Positions 13,411 to 27,222 of a stretch of 64,000 nucleotides of DNA are shown in pieces (the first letter of the stretch is position 1; the number at the start of each line of letters is the position of its first letter). The DNA is taken from contig NC_047016.1 of assembly GCF_902652985.1 (NCBI RefSeq), positions 34,782,001-34,846,000 of the forward strand, in the 5' to 3' direction. The notes beneath the pieces were generated by a model. The model saw only the letters and a list, made by a program, of their open reading frames with translations. It did not search any database and had not been told where the DNA came from. Made by a program: the position numbers and the translations under genes. The DNA is from Pecten maximus (taxonomy: Eukaryota).

Positions 13411-14104
13411 ATAACGACTGAAACCCAAAGGTGTTATGATACTGCTGGGCTAACGACTGATATCAAAAGGATTCCTATTGGTTGATGACTGACACACAAA
13501 GGGGTGTGAACCTTTATGGTTATATTTAAGGTACTGGAATCTAAAGTTGCTATTTGTCGTCGTCGATATCACTGGTAACTTTAATACTACCATCAAAGGC
13601 GGCCATATTAGTTTCGGGTCTGGAAAGAGTTTACATCCGTTCTCATGTTACCATGTTTAATTAATTTGTATTTTTGTTTTTGACGTGGGAATATGGTAAC
13701 AGTCATGTTTAAACGTATCTTTTTTATCGTTCCTCCTAGATTTGTTTGATTTTCGTTAATAAATAACTGGCCTTTGTGAATCACATGTGTAGCCATCTTG
13801 TATCAGTGTCTAATTACCAATTGTCATGAACAATTAATCACGAATTCATCACGCGCATAGTATGTATTCCAGATATTATCTTAAGCATATAGATGAATAC
13901 CTAAGAAATAAGAATTATAAATAAAGCTTAATCATAATTACATTACTGCCGTAAGACAAAGATACCAGGCAGAAATTGTTAGAAATATCTTATTAAAAAC
14001 CACAAAGATTAACGAAACCATTATTCAAGCTCAAAATCAATAACCCGAGGGTAAAATATGAACAAAAATATAGATTTGTCCGGAAACCATTGAAAACTGT
14101 ACAT

Positions 14105-14160
14105 GAAGAATACGAACATGCGTTCCGGAGAAGTTAGCGTCTTCTGTGCCATCGCTGTAC
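14105..14160 (-). mobile_element. Degenerate interspersed-repeat fragment, same family as 7760-7930
   Basis: Minus strand GCACAGAAGACGCTAACTTCTCCGGAACGCATGTTCGTATTCTTC aligns by eye with the copies at 7860, 54175 and 61560. Confidence 0.45.
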
Positions 14161-15774
14161 AGATCTAGGTCAAATCCGCCTTAAGTTACATTCTCAAAAT
14201 GAGGTTAAGGTGGTGGAAACGGAACCACCGGTCATTTGCAGGCATACATAAACAATAGGCAGCAGAACTTGACATAGATTTCATTGATTAAGAGAATGAA
14301 ATAAATCTTTATGGGATCAATAACAAAGTAGTGTTTGAGTAATGCTTTTCATAATTAAAAAAAACCCAGAGATATAATTATCGCTTTGAAATTATAGGCA
14401 AAAACCCCAAATCAAGTGCCATGCTATCTAGATCGTCTCATTTCCCAGTTGTAACGGCGAACCTTTTAATTACCATTAATCATTTCGATTTTTTTCTTCT
14501 TCCAAAGAATTCCAAAATAAATGCCAAGACAAATTCAGAGACAGATTTCTTTCCATGTGTTCTGTCTTGTTTCACTTGCCCAAACCAAAAATAGAGCAAC
14601 CAAAAAGAATTATATGGATGTAGCGTCGAGTTGACGAGAAAGGAAACTGTGGTAGAGATAGGGGTGTATTTTACTCGCTGTCAGTAATCATGCCATGTTT
14701 GTAAAGAAATATAGCATGAGTATAAACAAATTAACAGTAGATCGATAGATTTTACACAATACACTAGTAGGTAAACTGATATAGTCAGTAATATCCAGGG
14801 CAGGAACTAAGATTGAGAACATCATTAACAAAATGGATAGTGGAGGGGTTTTACTTCGTTAAGAGTTTAGATTTCAAAGTCTTTACTGCTTTTTTCCCCT
14901 GCAGTCGTGTGCTTCTGCAAATGAGAGAAAGGGTTTAGCTATATCGTGCATAAAAACAATTAATGATGTTGGCAGTCCCGGGAAATCTCGTTTAGCTCTC
15001 GTTTTCGTATATCGTCACAGCTTTAAATTAGTTTAAAATAGCGTCAACACCACGATGGAAATTTCAATACATGTAGGTGATTATGCAAGTTTGAAATGAT
15101 GATTTTGTACTTTTAATTTCAAACTCTACAGTTGTGTTTGTACTCATTAAAATCGGGTCTAGCGTAATCGTTGCAGTACTTAATGTGTTTCTATTAATTG
15201 AAGAACAATTTTGGCACCGGCAGCAAGTTAATTCTGATAAGACAATATTGTGTTAAAATATAGCTTGCACCGAACCATTATTTGGAAGACGACTTGTATT
15301 TTGAATTCTGTTCTAGCCTTCAGAATACTAGCCGCCTTTAGCCTGTCCACATGTATTTTTTCAAATCTATTTATCGCTACAAGAGGTCATCTACAATACA
15401 GGATAGTGTAGTATAGGAAAATTTATATAAAGACACATAAATAGCAGCTTAATACTAGTATATTGTACATTTCTCATAACAGATAACGGAAATATGTGGC
15501 CATTACAGGTCATTCGCTCAGATATAAGTAGTACCAAAAATGATATAGTGTTTTAAGGTTTATAAAGTAACAGAAATCTAGCCATTCTTTCTAATAAAGA
15601 GGCTAACATTCTTTTAGTAATCGGACATTACACAGGGTAATCATACCCTTGATGTAATGTAGATATAGGTATTTATAGTTGTATTCCGGCATAAATGTAC
15701 GTCGTACATTCGAACTATTAGATTTGAACAAACAATGGAAATCATCTCTACTTCCTCGGTACATAAACTGCAAA

Positions 15775-16320
15775 TCCGTTTGAAGCCACAAAATACTTCC
15801 ATTTGTCCTTGTGAGGATTTGAAGCTACAAAAGACACATGTGGGTCCTTGTGAGAGTTTGGGGCTACAAAAGACACCTGTTTGTCCTTGTGAGAGTTTGG
15901 GGTTCCAAAAGACACCTGTTTGTACTTGTGAGAGTTTGGGGCTACAAAAGACACCTATTTGTACTTGTGAGAGTTTGGGGCTAGAGAAGACACCTGTTAC
16001 TTGTGAGAGTTTGGGGCTACAAAAGACACCTGTTTGTACTTGTGAGAGTTTGGGGCTACAAAAGGCACCTGTTTGTACTTGTGAGAGTTTGGGGCTACAA
16101 AAGGCACCTGTTTGTACTTGTGAGAGTTTGGGGCTACAAAAGACACCTGTTTGTACTTGTGAGAGTTTGTGGCTACAAAAGACACCTGTTTGTACTTGTG
16201 AGAGTTTGGGGCTACAAAAGGCACCTGTTTGTACTTGTGAGAGTTTGGGGCTACAAAAGATACCTGTTTGTGCTTGTGAGAGTTTGGGGCTACAAAAGGC
16301 ACATTTTGCCCTTGTGACAG
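15775..16320. repeat. 39-bp minisatellite, ~14 copies
   Basis: GTGAGAGTTTGGGGCTACAAAAGACACCTGTTTGTACTT in tandem; produces 13-aa repeat ORFs in several frames. Confidence 0.97.
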
Positions 16321-16404
16321 TTTGTGTATATGGCTTGACTTGTCCTGGTGACTTGTAGGTTCTACAGAACTTTATGTGTTTCTGATTTGAAGACTTAACT
16401 ATTC

Positions 16405-19400
16405 TCATCAGTGTTGGCATCATATATCGTTGCTTGTCCCGTGAGTGTTTGCTTCATCTGTCAATACTGAACTCGGGAGTGTTGTTATCATATGTGATTA
16501 CTTGTCTCATGAATTATGACATCATATGTCATTACTAGTCTCGTGAGTGTTGGCTTCATCTGTCATTACTGGTCATCATATGGCATCATTTGACATGGCT
16601 GATATCGTGAGTATGGCATCATATGTCTTACTGATTTCGTGAGGTTAACATCATATGTTATTACTGGTCTCATGAGTGTTGGTTTCATATGTGATCGCTG
16701 GTCTCGTGAGCTATGGCTATGGCATCATATGTCATTACTGATCTCGTGAGTGTTGGCATCATATGTCATAACTGATCTCGTGAGTGTTGACATCATATGT
16801 CATTACTAGTCTCGTGAGTATTGGTATCAAATGTCATTACTAGTCTCGTGAATGTATGCATCATATGTCATTACTGGTCTCGTGAGTGTTGGCATCATGT
16901 CATTACTTGTCTTGTGAATATTGGCATCATATGTCATTACTGATCTCGTGAGTGTTGGCATCATACGTCATTACTGGTCCCGTGAGTGTTGGCATCATAT
17001 GTCATTACTGGTTTTGAGAGTGTTGGCATCATATGTCATAACTAGTCTCGTGAGTGTTGGCATTATGTGTCATTACTAGTCCCGTGAGTGTTGACATCAT
17101 ACAATATGTCATTACTGGTCTCGTGAGTTATGGCAACATATATTATTACTAGTCTCGTGAGTATTGGCATCAAATGTCATTACTGATCTCGTGAGTGTAT
17201 GCGTCAAATGTCATTACTGATGTCCTGAGTGTTGGCATCAAATATCATTACTAATTTCGTGAGTATTGGCATCAAATGTTATTACTGGTCTCGTGCATTT
17301 TGGCATCATATGGTATTACTGGTCTCGTGAGTGCTGGCATCATATGTGATTACTGGCCTCGTGAGTGTGGCATCATGCGTCCTTACTGGTCCCATGGTTT
17401 ATGGCATCATATGACATTGCTGATATCGTGAGTACGGCATCATACGACATTGCTGATATCGTGAGTGTTGGCATCATGTCATTATTTGTCTCGTGAATTA
17501 TGGCATCATATGTCATTACTGTTCTCGTGAGTATTTGCATCATATGCCATTACTGATCTCGTGAGTGTTGTCATCATGTCATTATTTGTCTCGTGAATTA
17601 TGGCATCATATGTCATTACTGTTCTCGTCAGTATTTGCATCATATGTCATTACTGGTCTCGTGAGTGTTGGCATCATATGTCATTACTGGTCTCGTGAGT
17701 GTTGGCATCATATGTCATTACTGGTCTCGTGAGTGTTGGCATCATATGTCATTACTGGTCTCGTGAGTGTTGACATCATATGTCATTACTGGTCTCGTGA
17801 GTTATGGCAACATATATTATTACTAGTCTCGTGAGTATTGGCATCAAATGTCATTACTGATCTCGTGAGTGTATGCGTCAAATGTCATTACTGATGTCCT
17901 GAGTGTTGGCATCAAATATCATTACTAATTTCGTGAGTATTGGCATCAAATGTTATTACTGGTCTCGTGCATTTTGGCATCATATGGTATTACTGGTCTC
18001 GTGAGTATTGGCATCAAATGTCATTACTGATCTCGTGAGTGTTGGCATCATTTGTTACTACTGGTCTCGTGAGTGTTGCCATCATTTGTCATTACTGGTC
18101 TCGTGAGTGTTGGCATCATATGTCATTACTGGTCTCGTGAGTGCTGGCATTATATGTCATTACTGGTCTCGTGAGTGTTGGCATAATATGTCATTACTGG
18201 CTTGTGAGTGATGGCAACATACATTATTACTGTTCTTGTGAGTTTTGGCATCATATGTCATTATTGGTGTCGTGCGTGTTGGCTCCATCTGTCATTGCCA
18301 ATCTCGAGAGTGTTGGCTTAATCTGTCATTACTGATTTTGGGAGTGTTGGCATCATATGTTATTACTTTTCTCGTGAGTGTTGGCATCATATGTCATTAC
18401 TGTTGTCGTGAGTGGAGGCATCATATGTCATTACTGGTCTCGTGAGTGTTGGCATCATATGTCATCACTGATCTCATGAGTGTTGGCATCATATGTCATT
18501 ACTGTTGTCATGAGTGTTGGCATCATGTGTCATTACTAGTCTCGTGAGTGTTGGCATCATAGTTCATAACTGATCTCGTGAATGTTGGCATCATATGTCA
18601 TCACTGATCTCGTGAGTGTTGGCATCATATGTCATTACTGTTGTCGTGAGTGTAGGCATCATATGTCATTACTAGTCTCGTGAGTTTTGGCATCTTATGT
18701 CAGTACTTGTCTCGTGAGTTTTGGCATCATATGTCATTACTGGTCTCGTGAGTGGGGCATCATATGTCATTACTGTTCTCGTGAGTGTTGGCATCATATG
18801 TCATCACTGATCTCGTGAGTGTTGGCATCATATGTCATTACTGTTGTCGTGAGTGTTGGCATCATGTGTCATTACTAGTCTCGTGAGTGTTGGCATCATA
18901 GTTTATAACTGGTCTCGTGAATGTTGGCATCATATGTCATTACTGGTCTCGTGAGTGATGGCAACGTATATTATTACTGTTCTTGTGAGTTTTGGCATCA
19001 TATGTCATTATTGGTGTCGTGCGTGTTGGCTCCATCTGTCATTGCCGATCTCGAGAGTGTTGGCTTAATCTGTCATTACTGATTTTGGGAGTGTTGGCAT
19101 CATAGGTCATAACTAGTCTCGTGAGTGTTGGCATCATGTGTCATTACTGTTGTCGTGAGTGTTGGCATCATATGCCATTACTAGTCTCGCGAGTGATGTC
19201 ATCATATGTTATTACTGGTCTCGTGAGTGTTGGTATCATGTGTCATAACTGGTGCCGTAAGTGTTGAAATCATATGTCATAACTGGTGTCGTAAGTGTTG
19301 ACATCATAGGTCATAACTTGTTTCGTGAGTGTTTTCATCATATATTATTACTGGTCTCGTGAGTTTTGGCATCATATGTCATTACTAGTCTCGTGAGTGT

Positions 19401-19890
19401 TGGCATCATATGTCATTACTAGTCTCGTGAGTGTTGGCATCATATGTAGTTACTGGTCTCGTGAGTGTTGGCATCATGTGTCTATACTGGTCTCGTGAGT
19501 GTTGGCACAACATGTCATTAGTGATGTCCCGAGTGTTGGCACCACATGTCATAACTGAAGTCCCGAGTGTTGGCACCACATGTCATAACTGAAGTCCCGA
19601 GTGTTGGCACCACATGTCATTACTGATGTCCCGAGTGTTGGCACCACATGTCATTACCGATGTCCCGAGTGTTGGCACCACATGTCATAACTGAAGTCCC
19701 GAGTGTTGGCACCACATGTCATAACTGAAGTCCCGAGTGTTGGCACCACATGTCATAACTGATGTCCCGAGTGTTGGCACCACATGTCATTACTGATGTC
19801 CCGAGTGTTGGCACCACATGTCATAACTGAAGTCCCGAGTGTTGGCATCATATATCATTACTGGTCTCGCGAGTGTCGACATCATATATC
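16405..19890. repeat. 34-bp satellite array, ~100 copies, with a distinct variant block at ~19520-19850
   Basis: GTGAGTGTTGGCATCATATGTCATTACTGGTCTC (17661, 17695...). Terminal variant CCGAGTGTTGGCACCACATGTCATAACTGAAGTC, also 34 bp. Confidence 0.98.
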
Positions 19891-20334
19891 ATTACATGTC
19901 TGGGCATTGAACTGAGACAAAACACAAAATTCTAAGACGAAATACCAGGCCACCGTATGATATCATTCCGTCTAAAACACCATACAATTGTACTTTTCAT
20001 CATATATCGTGAATGGTCTCATAACTGTATACATACAGAGATTTACTAATACTATAGTTTATTTCCAGTATTTCGTTTTCGTTAGTTTTGTGGACTTCAA
20101 ATCACGATACTAGTATTAAGGTCTGGGTTAACGTAATGTAGGTGTTAATACTGTTATCTATGACTAATTTGTGGTTTTCAACTTGCCATGTTTAATCTAA
20201 TCCATGTTTATTACATAATGAGTAATCAAATATTATGTATAGATATGAAGAATTATATTATAATGTAATTAAACATATCGAATAGAAAATAGATCGTACT
20301 CACTTTACAACCACGATGCACACTATCTACAACG

Positions 20335-20441
20335 CGATCGGCATCCCGTTGTTCAGTGAGGTAGCCATCAGCTACTACAAGGATAAACCCGTCCAAGAAA
20401 GGCATGACTGTTCATGGGGCGATAAACCCAACACAAACAAA
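20335..20441 (+). mobile_element. Degenerate SINE 3' fragment
   Basis: GTTCAGTGAGGTAGC resembles GCTTCAGTGAGTTAGT in the 59.4-kb SINE. It ends in CTGTTCATGGGGCGATAAACCCAACACAAACAAA, similar to the SINE tails at 47.8 and 59.6 kb. Confidence 0.45.
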
Positions 20442-21419
20442 CTCTACAATATATTAACATATTATTGAGAAATCGCATTTCGTTTGGCACAATAAAAAAT
20501 ACACGTATTATGATATATAAAGGATTTCAGATACATGTACATGCAAACATTCCATGAGATATTTCAAGTAAATTAGAAAACTTATTCTTCTTATAAGTTA
20601 GACATGGTAGCAAATTAAACATTGTTTTTGTGATACATAAATCCGAACTTTAAAAAAATGATACAAAAATCATGATAATTAGTTGTCTATCAACGATACA
20701 AAACAATGGTTAGTTTTGAAAAATCATCTTTAAATCATTAAACACTGATGTAGCTAAACAGTCGGTTTGGTGACCGTCACGATGCTTTGATACCTCGGGA
20801 TTTTCCGTCATAACTCGGAACGAGTACAAGTTTAATGTATCAATATTAAATGCAGTAAACACGCTAATTACAACTGTGTACTAAATGTACACCACCAACC
20901 ATCGATACTGTCAAGACAAAATACACGTGCACGAGAAAATCTTTACACAGATAAATCTATAAAGATTTCTTTTCTTCCCGGAATACCGTGCGTTGTTAAC
21001 AGTATTACACCCTATTGTTCGTTAAAACCAGCTGTTTCATCTGTCTACTGGCATGGTGCTTCTTTGTACACACGCAAACAATATGGAGGGACAAAGGAGA
21101 ATGGATTTTTATATGATCACTGTGCATACACTTACATATATACATATAACACTACACGTTCAGTTACCTGTGTTTCTAGTACGTAAGGATGATTCAGACT
21201 TGTGTCATTGAACAATCGGACACTATCTCGGTATATATATCTGCATATATACATATCAATATATAATAATTTTCACTCTCAGGTATACTGATAAATATCA
21301 GTATATTTTACATATACTGACATAGACATATTGTATGTACCTGATATCTACCAATAACAACACACTGGATTACTTGGAACTTTTTGCTCTATCAATGGCT
21401 TAACTCCCGTCTAACATTG

Positions 21420-21840
21420 CTTTGCCGTTCCGTTCTTTGGCTAGCGCGGTAAAACCGGTTTCTTTCTTTTGGATTCAGAGGCTGACAGCATAGATAGGGC
21501 AAAAGCTGGTGAAGCAAGTCTGTGCCACGCGCGTGGTTCACCGGTTAGCCTCTATCGGTCGCGTTGACGTAGGCATACCGAGGGAGTATAGATACTCTCC
21601 CATCCAATAATCGAACGAAATTAGTAGTATATTAACAGTCAACCTTTCGCTCTTTTTAAATTTGTGTTTGTATGTGTGAAGGATATATATATAACATTAT
21701 GACTGTGTCACCTGTTATAAGACGGTGTCGTTCAGCCTGGAGATCGCTTGGCTGTATATATTGAAACGTGATGATGATTTCTGTGTGGACGTTAAGATAT
21801 TAATGTGAATTCTCACACTACGGGGGCACCACAGGTACAG
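21420..21840 (+). promoter_or_regulatory. Candidate promoter / 5' UTR
   Basis: Locally GC- and CpG-rich stretch (21420-21610, e.g. GCCACGCGCGTGG, GTCGCGTTGACGT) in an AT-rich background, directly upstream of the candidate ATG exon. Confidence 0.4.
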
Positions 21841-21907
21841 ATGGAGGGACGGGGTTACTATGGCAGCGAGGATGAGGATAGCCCCTCGGATAGCTGGGGA
21901 TCGCCAG
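21841..21907 (+). CDS. Candidate first coding exon of an unidentified gene (MEGRGYYGSEDEDSPSDSWGSP, phase-1 intron follows)
   Basis: ATGG start with an in-frame upstream TAA (21793), GC-rich codons unlike the flanks, a protein-like acidic Ser/Pro peptide, and a strong donor CAG|GTAAGA at 21907/21908. Confidence 0.6.
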
Positions 21908-22593
21908 GTAAGAAAGAATAATCAATTATCTCGCCTTGTCCCCTTGGCGACATGCCGGCGACACATCACCATATACTGTATAGCCATATATGTGTACATA
22001 GAACATAAACATGTTCTGCTAAGTGTTTACGATGTAGAATCTTACAGGAATCTATAACGGTTTCAATGTATTACGTAACAAACAAAATCTTCCAGGTATC
22101 CCATGACTACGGGTATGCGATAGGGTAGATTAATAAATATTCAAAGAAAGCCAAGCGGAACAGATGTCTATCGTTTTACCAATTGTCCACTCAACAAATG
22201 TGTTATTCATTTTTTTTTTATTAAACATGAAGTCATGGTTTACCCAGGGTTCATAGTCATGAGACAGGTAGATGGATACAGCGCCTGGGACGATAAACAT
22301 GTTTTAAAGTACCCGTTTCATCATCATATTTCACTCATTGAAAAAAAGAAGAAGCTTTGAGTTCCGATGATTTCAGGTGTCTTTGTAATATTACTTCATC
22401 GGAAATGAGTAATCAAGATGTCGTTTTCTAGATGACTATCTGTAGGAACAAAGAGTTTAATATGTGAGATGGAAATGTTTTATTGAAGAAGAAATGCAGT
22501 CCGTGTAATTGGAACGAGATGAGTAGTTCTAACCAATATCGTAATGGTACTTTATTGAGGCGTCGAGCTTGCTTTTTATGTAGTGAAAAAAGT

Positions 22594-22765
22594 GGTTGAC
22601 CGGAAATGAAAGTCATGTTTGTCGTTGACCGGAAGTGCCAAAACATAGTTATTACTGCTTGTAAGTGGTCAAATTGTTGGTACTGCTGGTTGGAGATGGT
22701 CGAGTTATTAGTTGTCCGGAAATAGCCGAGTCGGTAGTACCATTGTCCGGAAACGACCGAGTCAG
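22594..22765. repeat. Degenerate ~29-30-bp tandem repeat carrying CCGGAA cores
   Basis: CCGGAA at 22600, 22629, 22716 and 22747, with two decayed units between. Confidence 0.6.
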
Positions 22766-23413
22766 ATTATGCACTTGAAATGTTTTGAATATATTTTCGG
22801 TCATTGCATTCTCCCTTACTTATCGAACTACTACGTCTGTCATTAACTGGACGTTTTCTTAATGAACGGAGTTTTTTTTACAAGTGTATCATTTGGCACT
22901 AGATACTGGAACTTGTACAAGTCTAGATAAAATATGAACATAAAACTGTCATCCGTGATATTTAACAATACAAGTAGAATGTGTAAAACAGGGGTCCTGA
23001 TAATTATGCAGCTATTCTGCTAGCAAAATCTCTGACCCCCTAAACTGATTAATCAATGCATAGATCGCGATTGTATTTTTTTTGCACAGTGGCATATACA
23101 AAATATGACGTCCCAATTGACATAAAAGGAAGCCATTTTGAAGAGGTGGTTCGATTTTCCTGAATTGTAGAATAATCGGCATCATTATTAATGCAGAAAA
23201 TTCCATTTTATTGAAATTTTCACGATAAACATAAAAAAAAACCTTAATGACGTCTCACCACACCATATTGCCATGACAACCTGTGACGTCAAGAAGACCC
23301 ATCCATTCATTACTGTTGTATCTCGATCCCATCTACCTGGAAGCTGAGCCAGGCTACAGACAGGTAGTTCTATAATTTTCTAATTAACTGGCGATCACAG
23401 AACCTATACTTAC

Positions 23414-23516
23414 CCGATCATCTCGAAACATGCAAAGCCAAGGACAATCTCTTTATTCTCTGTTTTTAATAGAAAATACCGTAATTACTCTAAGAACAAT
23501 ATTTATTTATTCATCT
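23414..23516 (-). other. Possible non-coding exon
   Basis: Minus strand tctgtttcag|AGATG...GATCGG|gtaagt. AT-rich body, so weaker than the 27.2-kb exon. Confidence 0.3.
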
Positions 23517-23611
23517 CTGAAACAGATCTGACGGTATTAGTATGATATTACATGGTTAATATTTTGATAAGTTTTATCCTAATTTCCACCACTCTGAAAA
23601 GACAGAGGAGA

Positions 23612-23701
23612 GAAAAAAACAAACAAAAAAACAAAAAAAAACCAACAACAAACAACAACAACAAACAAACAAACAAACAAACAAAAACAAACAAACAAAA
23701 A
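23612..23701. repeat. Compound (AAAC)n/(AAC)n microsatellite
   Basis: A/C-only tract. Confidence 0.9.
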
Positions 23702-26700
23702 CCATTCCCGGCTCGAAGACCGACCGCTAACCACCAGCTTGCTACATCTGAACACTTTATGGCATAGAAACCTTATAATACGTAAGGGATCACATTAGGA
23801 ACAGAGGATAAATAATAAAAAGAAAACAAGCAATTTGTTTGTTGTAATATTGTTATTTTTTTCATTAATTCGAATAAATATGTAGACCATAGACTAAGTC
23901 ACGTGTTTCCAAACAATAAAATAAATGCTAGAGGTTCTTATTGAAGTATTTGTTATATACCGCAGAGAAAACCTTCACAAGTTTCATTACCGTTTTCATC
24001 AATATTCCTTAAATTAAAAGTTCACTGGGAAAGCATTACAGAATTTCAGGAAGGTTCCTCGACTAAAATTTTCCCTTCAATTTTGTTATGCTTCATATTA
24101 AAAATTCTAAGTGAAGGATTTGCTTTTTGTTTAGGAACGTTGATAAAACCACGTTCAGACCACACAAAACTACCATAAAAATGCATAAAAAAGATGTGAA
24201 TGTAGTATTTATATATATATATTTATAAGATATAGTATAACAGTCACTTTAAACTATCGATTTACGTAGGCCGACTTCTACATTGTAAAAGTGCTAAAGA
24301 TAATCCTGTTTTACTAAGATAATTGTACCTTACATGCTCCACCCCTGTTCGTCTCAGCATCAATCCTCCCTGGTGTATCTTATCTCGTTGAGGTACTTAG
24401 TGTTTACATTAAACAAGTGATACCTTGTTAAGCCAATTCAAGGGCAGATAACTACCACTCGGAGATAAATTAGTTCATTGCATGTGTCTTGTGGATTGAA
24501 CTGTGAGATTTATTTGAGACAATTGTATTGCAAATCTGATCAATAACGTTCTGAATAAAATTTCTTCATATTTTGACTTCATAGAAAAATATGCTATGCA
24601 TTCTAATATGCTTCTAGGAGATGGGAATATGCCATGTACATTGAATGAACAATTATATCAAAATTTGTAATCAATTTTGAAAATGCATTTTCAAATAAGT
24701 TCATAGTATTAAGTATTGATATTTTTATATACGATATATTTTGTCTACCTATGCATGCATCATCAAACGGATCTCATTCTCCACTGATGTTACATACTTT
24801 ATATTACGTCAGAATAAGAGTACTATTGTAACAGTAGCAGAGATTTTAAAGGTAACTAAAAATACAGATTTATGTTTAAAAGAGAGAATATGTTTTTACC
24901 ACACCGATTGGATACTAGTAACATGAACCATCTTGCAGTCATTTTGAATCCCACCTCCGCCCGCTACCACCCCCTCTCGCACAAAAATGTGTGTTAGTGA
25001 TTTTATCTATTTGAGTCGGTATTCATTGAACTTGACATAAAATGTCAATCGTCAGAGTGTTGTTGAATTACTGATTATTGAAGATGCATTTTAGAAGTGC
25101 GGGAATCACTTGCTCTCACGAGTTTCACCAATTAATTACGTGTTGTAGGTGAAATTGGCACGCGTTGTCAATATACAGACTTCGACGAGGGGATATTGAA
25201 CCAGGATACTGATGCTCAGTTTGTAATTTCACCATAATATACTGCCTGAAACAAGATACATATCTCTACGGAATTTAATTAGTTGGTGTCGAGGTTATTA
25301 TGAATATTATCAGCCATAAAATATATATTTATATTCATGCTTAACTAATTAGTGATAGTTTGTCCTTGCGGAGTAGTATATTAAATGAGATGCGTGTCAT
25401 TTTGAACAGCTAATAAGTGATTTTTATGTTTCTTTTTTTTAACTTCTTGTGTTACAAAAAGGAGTTGCTTTTCCGCACAATTTTTTTTCTTCTTATTTTA
25501 TTTTCAAAAATGTTAAATAGCAACAAAACAGAAGCTACGAGTGACGCTTTTGACAAAACAGAGGCAAAAAACCTGTTGCTTAGTGATGACCTACTTATGT
25601 GTTTCCATAAAAATGACACATCGACCTTTGATCTATTATTGCAATACACATAGCGAATGATGTTTATCATTACAGAGAAGAATACACTATTGACATATTT
25701 ATCCGTAACTTCTAGATATTTCAATTACGGATGGCCTTTTTTTCTGTACAAATATCTGCCGAGTCTTTTTGTACAAATATCTGCCGAGTCACGTCTGACC
25801 TACAATGTATATGTAGGATATCACGCGCACTCGATGTATGCAAATGAAAGCATCGATCCCAGCGACACCTGTTTACAAAAGCTGATGACTCAGTACTCAT
25901 AAAAATGACCCAACTTGAATATAGCGTTCGTGTCTGATGTTTGGGTCAATGTGTTTAAGTGATTTGAAACAGTTTTTCACAATTTACGAATTAATTAGAT
26001 AAAATAAAGATAATTGGTGAAAGATATCTGTTCACTAAATGTCACAATGTGATGTCAAAATGAGCTCACGAACTTGTCCTACCGAAGTGTCTGTGAAACT
26101 GTGAACTTCGATCAGATGTAAGCCCGTTGTATACTATTGGTTATCAATTTAAGCAAAATTGAAATAAGTCATGTTTATAATCACGTTTCGAGATATGTTC
26201 TAGTCTATATTCTGAATAGGATGCTACATACAATATCGTTTCAGCCGTTCCTCAACAGATTGCCCTTATAGTGACTGCGGTTCGGCCTACTGTCAGGATT
26301 TGGGACCGACCTTGACGGAATTGGCATCATAGAAACCGGACATTATGATAACTAGTAAACGGCGAAACCTAATCACTAAAACAGTGTACGGATGGATGTC
26401 ATGGGATCTGATGAAAGTCCCGTATGCACGTTTACGACCTATACACCTCCCCCTAACTCTAATGATGACGTATTACAGATGTACCTTTAGAGAGTGATAG
26501 GTCCTGGACATACGGGCCGATTGTCCTTTCCGTTTACGGTACGTCCCTGTATTATTTATCACCCAGAATGCCAACAAGCGGCAACCATTTATCTGAATGT
26601 CGCATAACCGCTTGGTGATAGCTACATTGTACGGAATACCATTTGTGACTTATAGCACTATATTCCTAACGGGTTCCCATGCCATTTTCCCACCATACAT

Positions 26701-27222
26701 CTTGCTGCCATATCGACAATAACAACATTAAAACCGCTGTTCATTGCTTAAACGCTAACTATAAAGAATCCATGGAAATCAAATAAGGAAAGGGGGCCTG
26801 TCCACCAATCAGATTGCCCGTTGTAAAATCGGTGTTATATTGGTCGTCAACAAACTACCAAGACGAGCAGGACGATACGTCTTAAATGTCGGAATTGAAG
26901 AAGAAAAAAAAAAACACACCAAAAACCAAGACAGATTCATGATGATAAGAACGTTACTCTGAGATGCCAAAATGTCAAACTGGTTTAAATCAACTCGTTT
27001 TCCATATATATCCCGTGTGTCTTTTACATGAACATGTGTTGGCTATGTGTCCAAAAAAGGCCTCGGTTCTTCGAGTGTAGTTTGGTGGATATTAATCTTC
27101 TTATATACGTACCGTAGGTCTGTTCTGAACGTGCACACGTGTAAGTGAATACAACGTGATTGAAGATATGTACAACACAATAAAGTCTCCCAATGCGATT
27201 AAAAAATGATAAAAGTACTTAC

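Noticed and set aside
16405-19890. 34-bp repeats (and the 30- and 35-bp arrays) as CRISPR arrays
   Set aside because: Units are head-to-tail with no unique spacers, there are no cas genes, and the context is eukaryotic.
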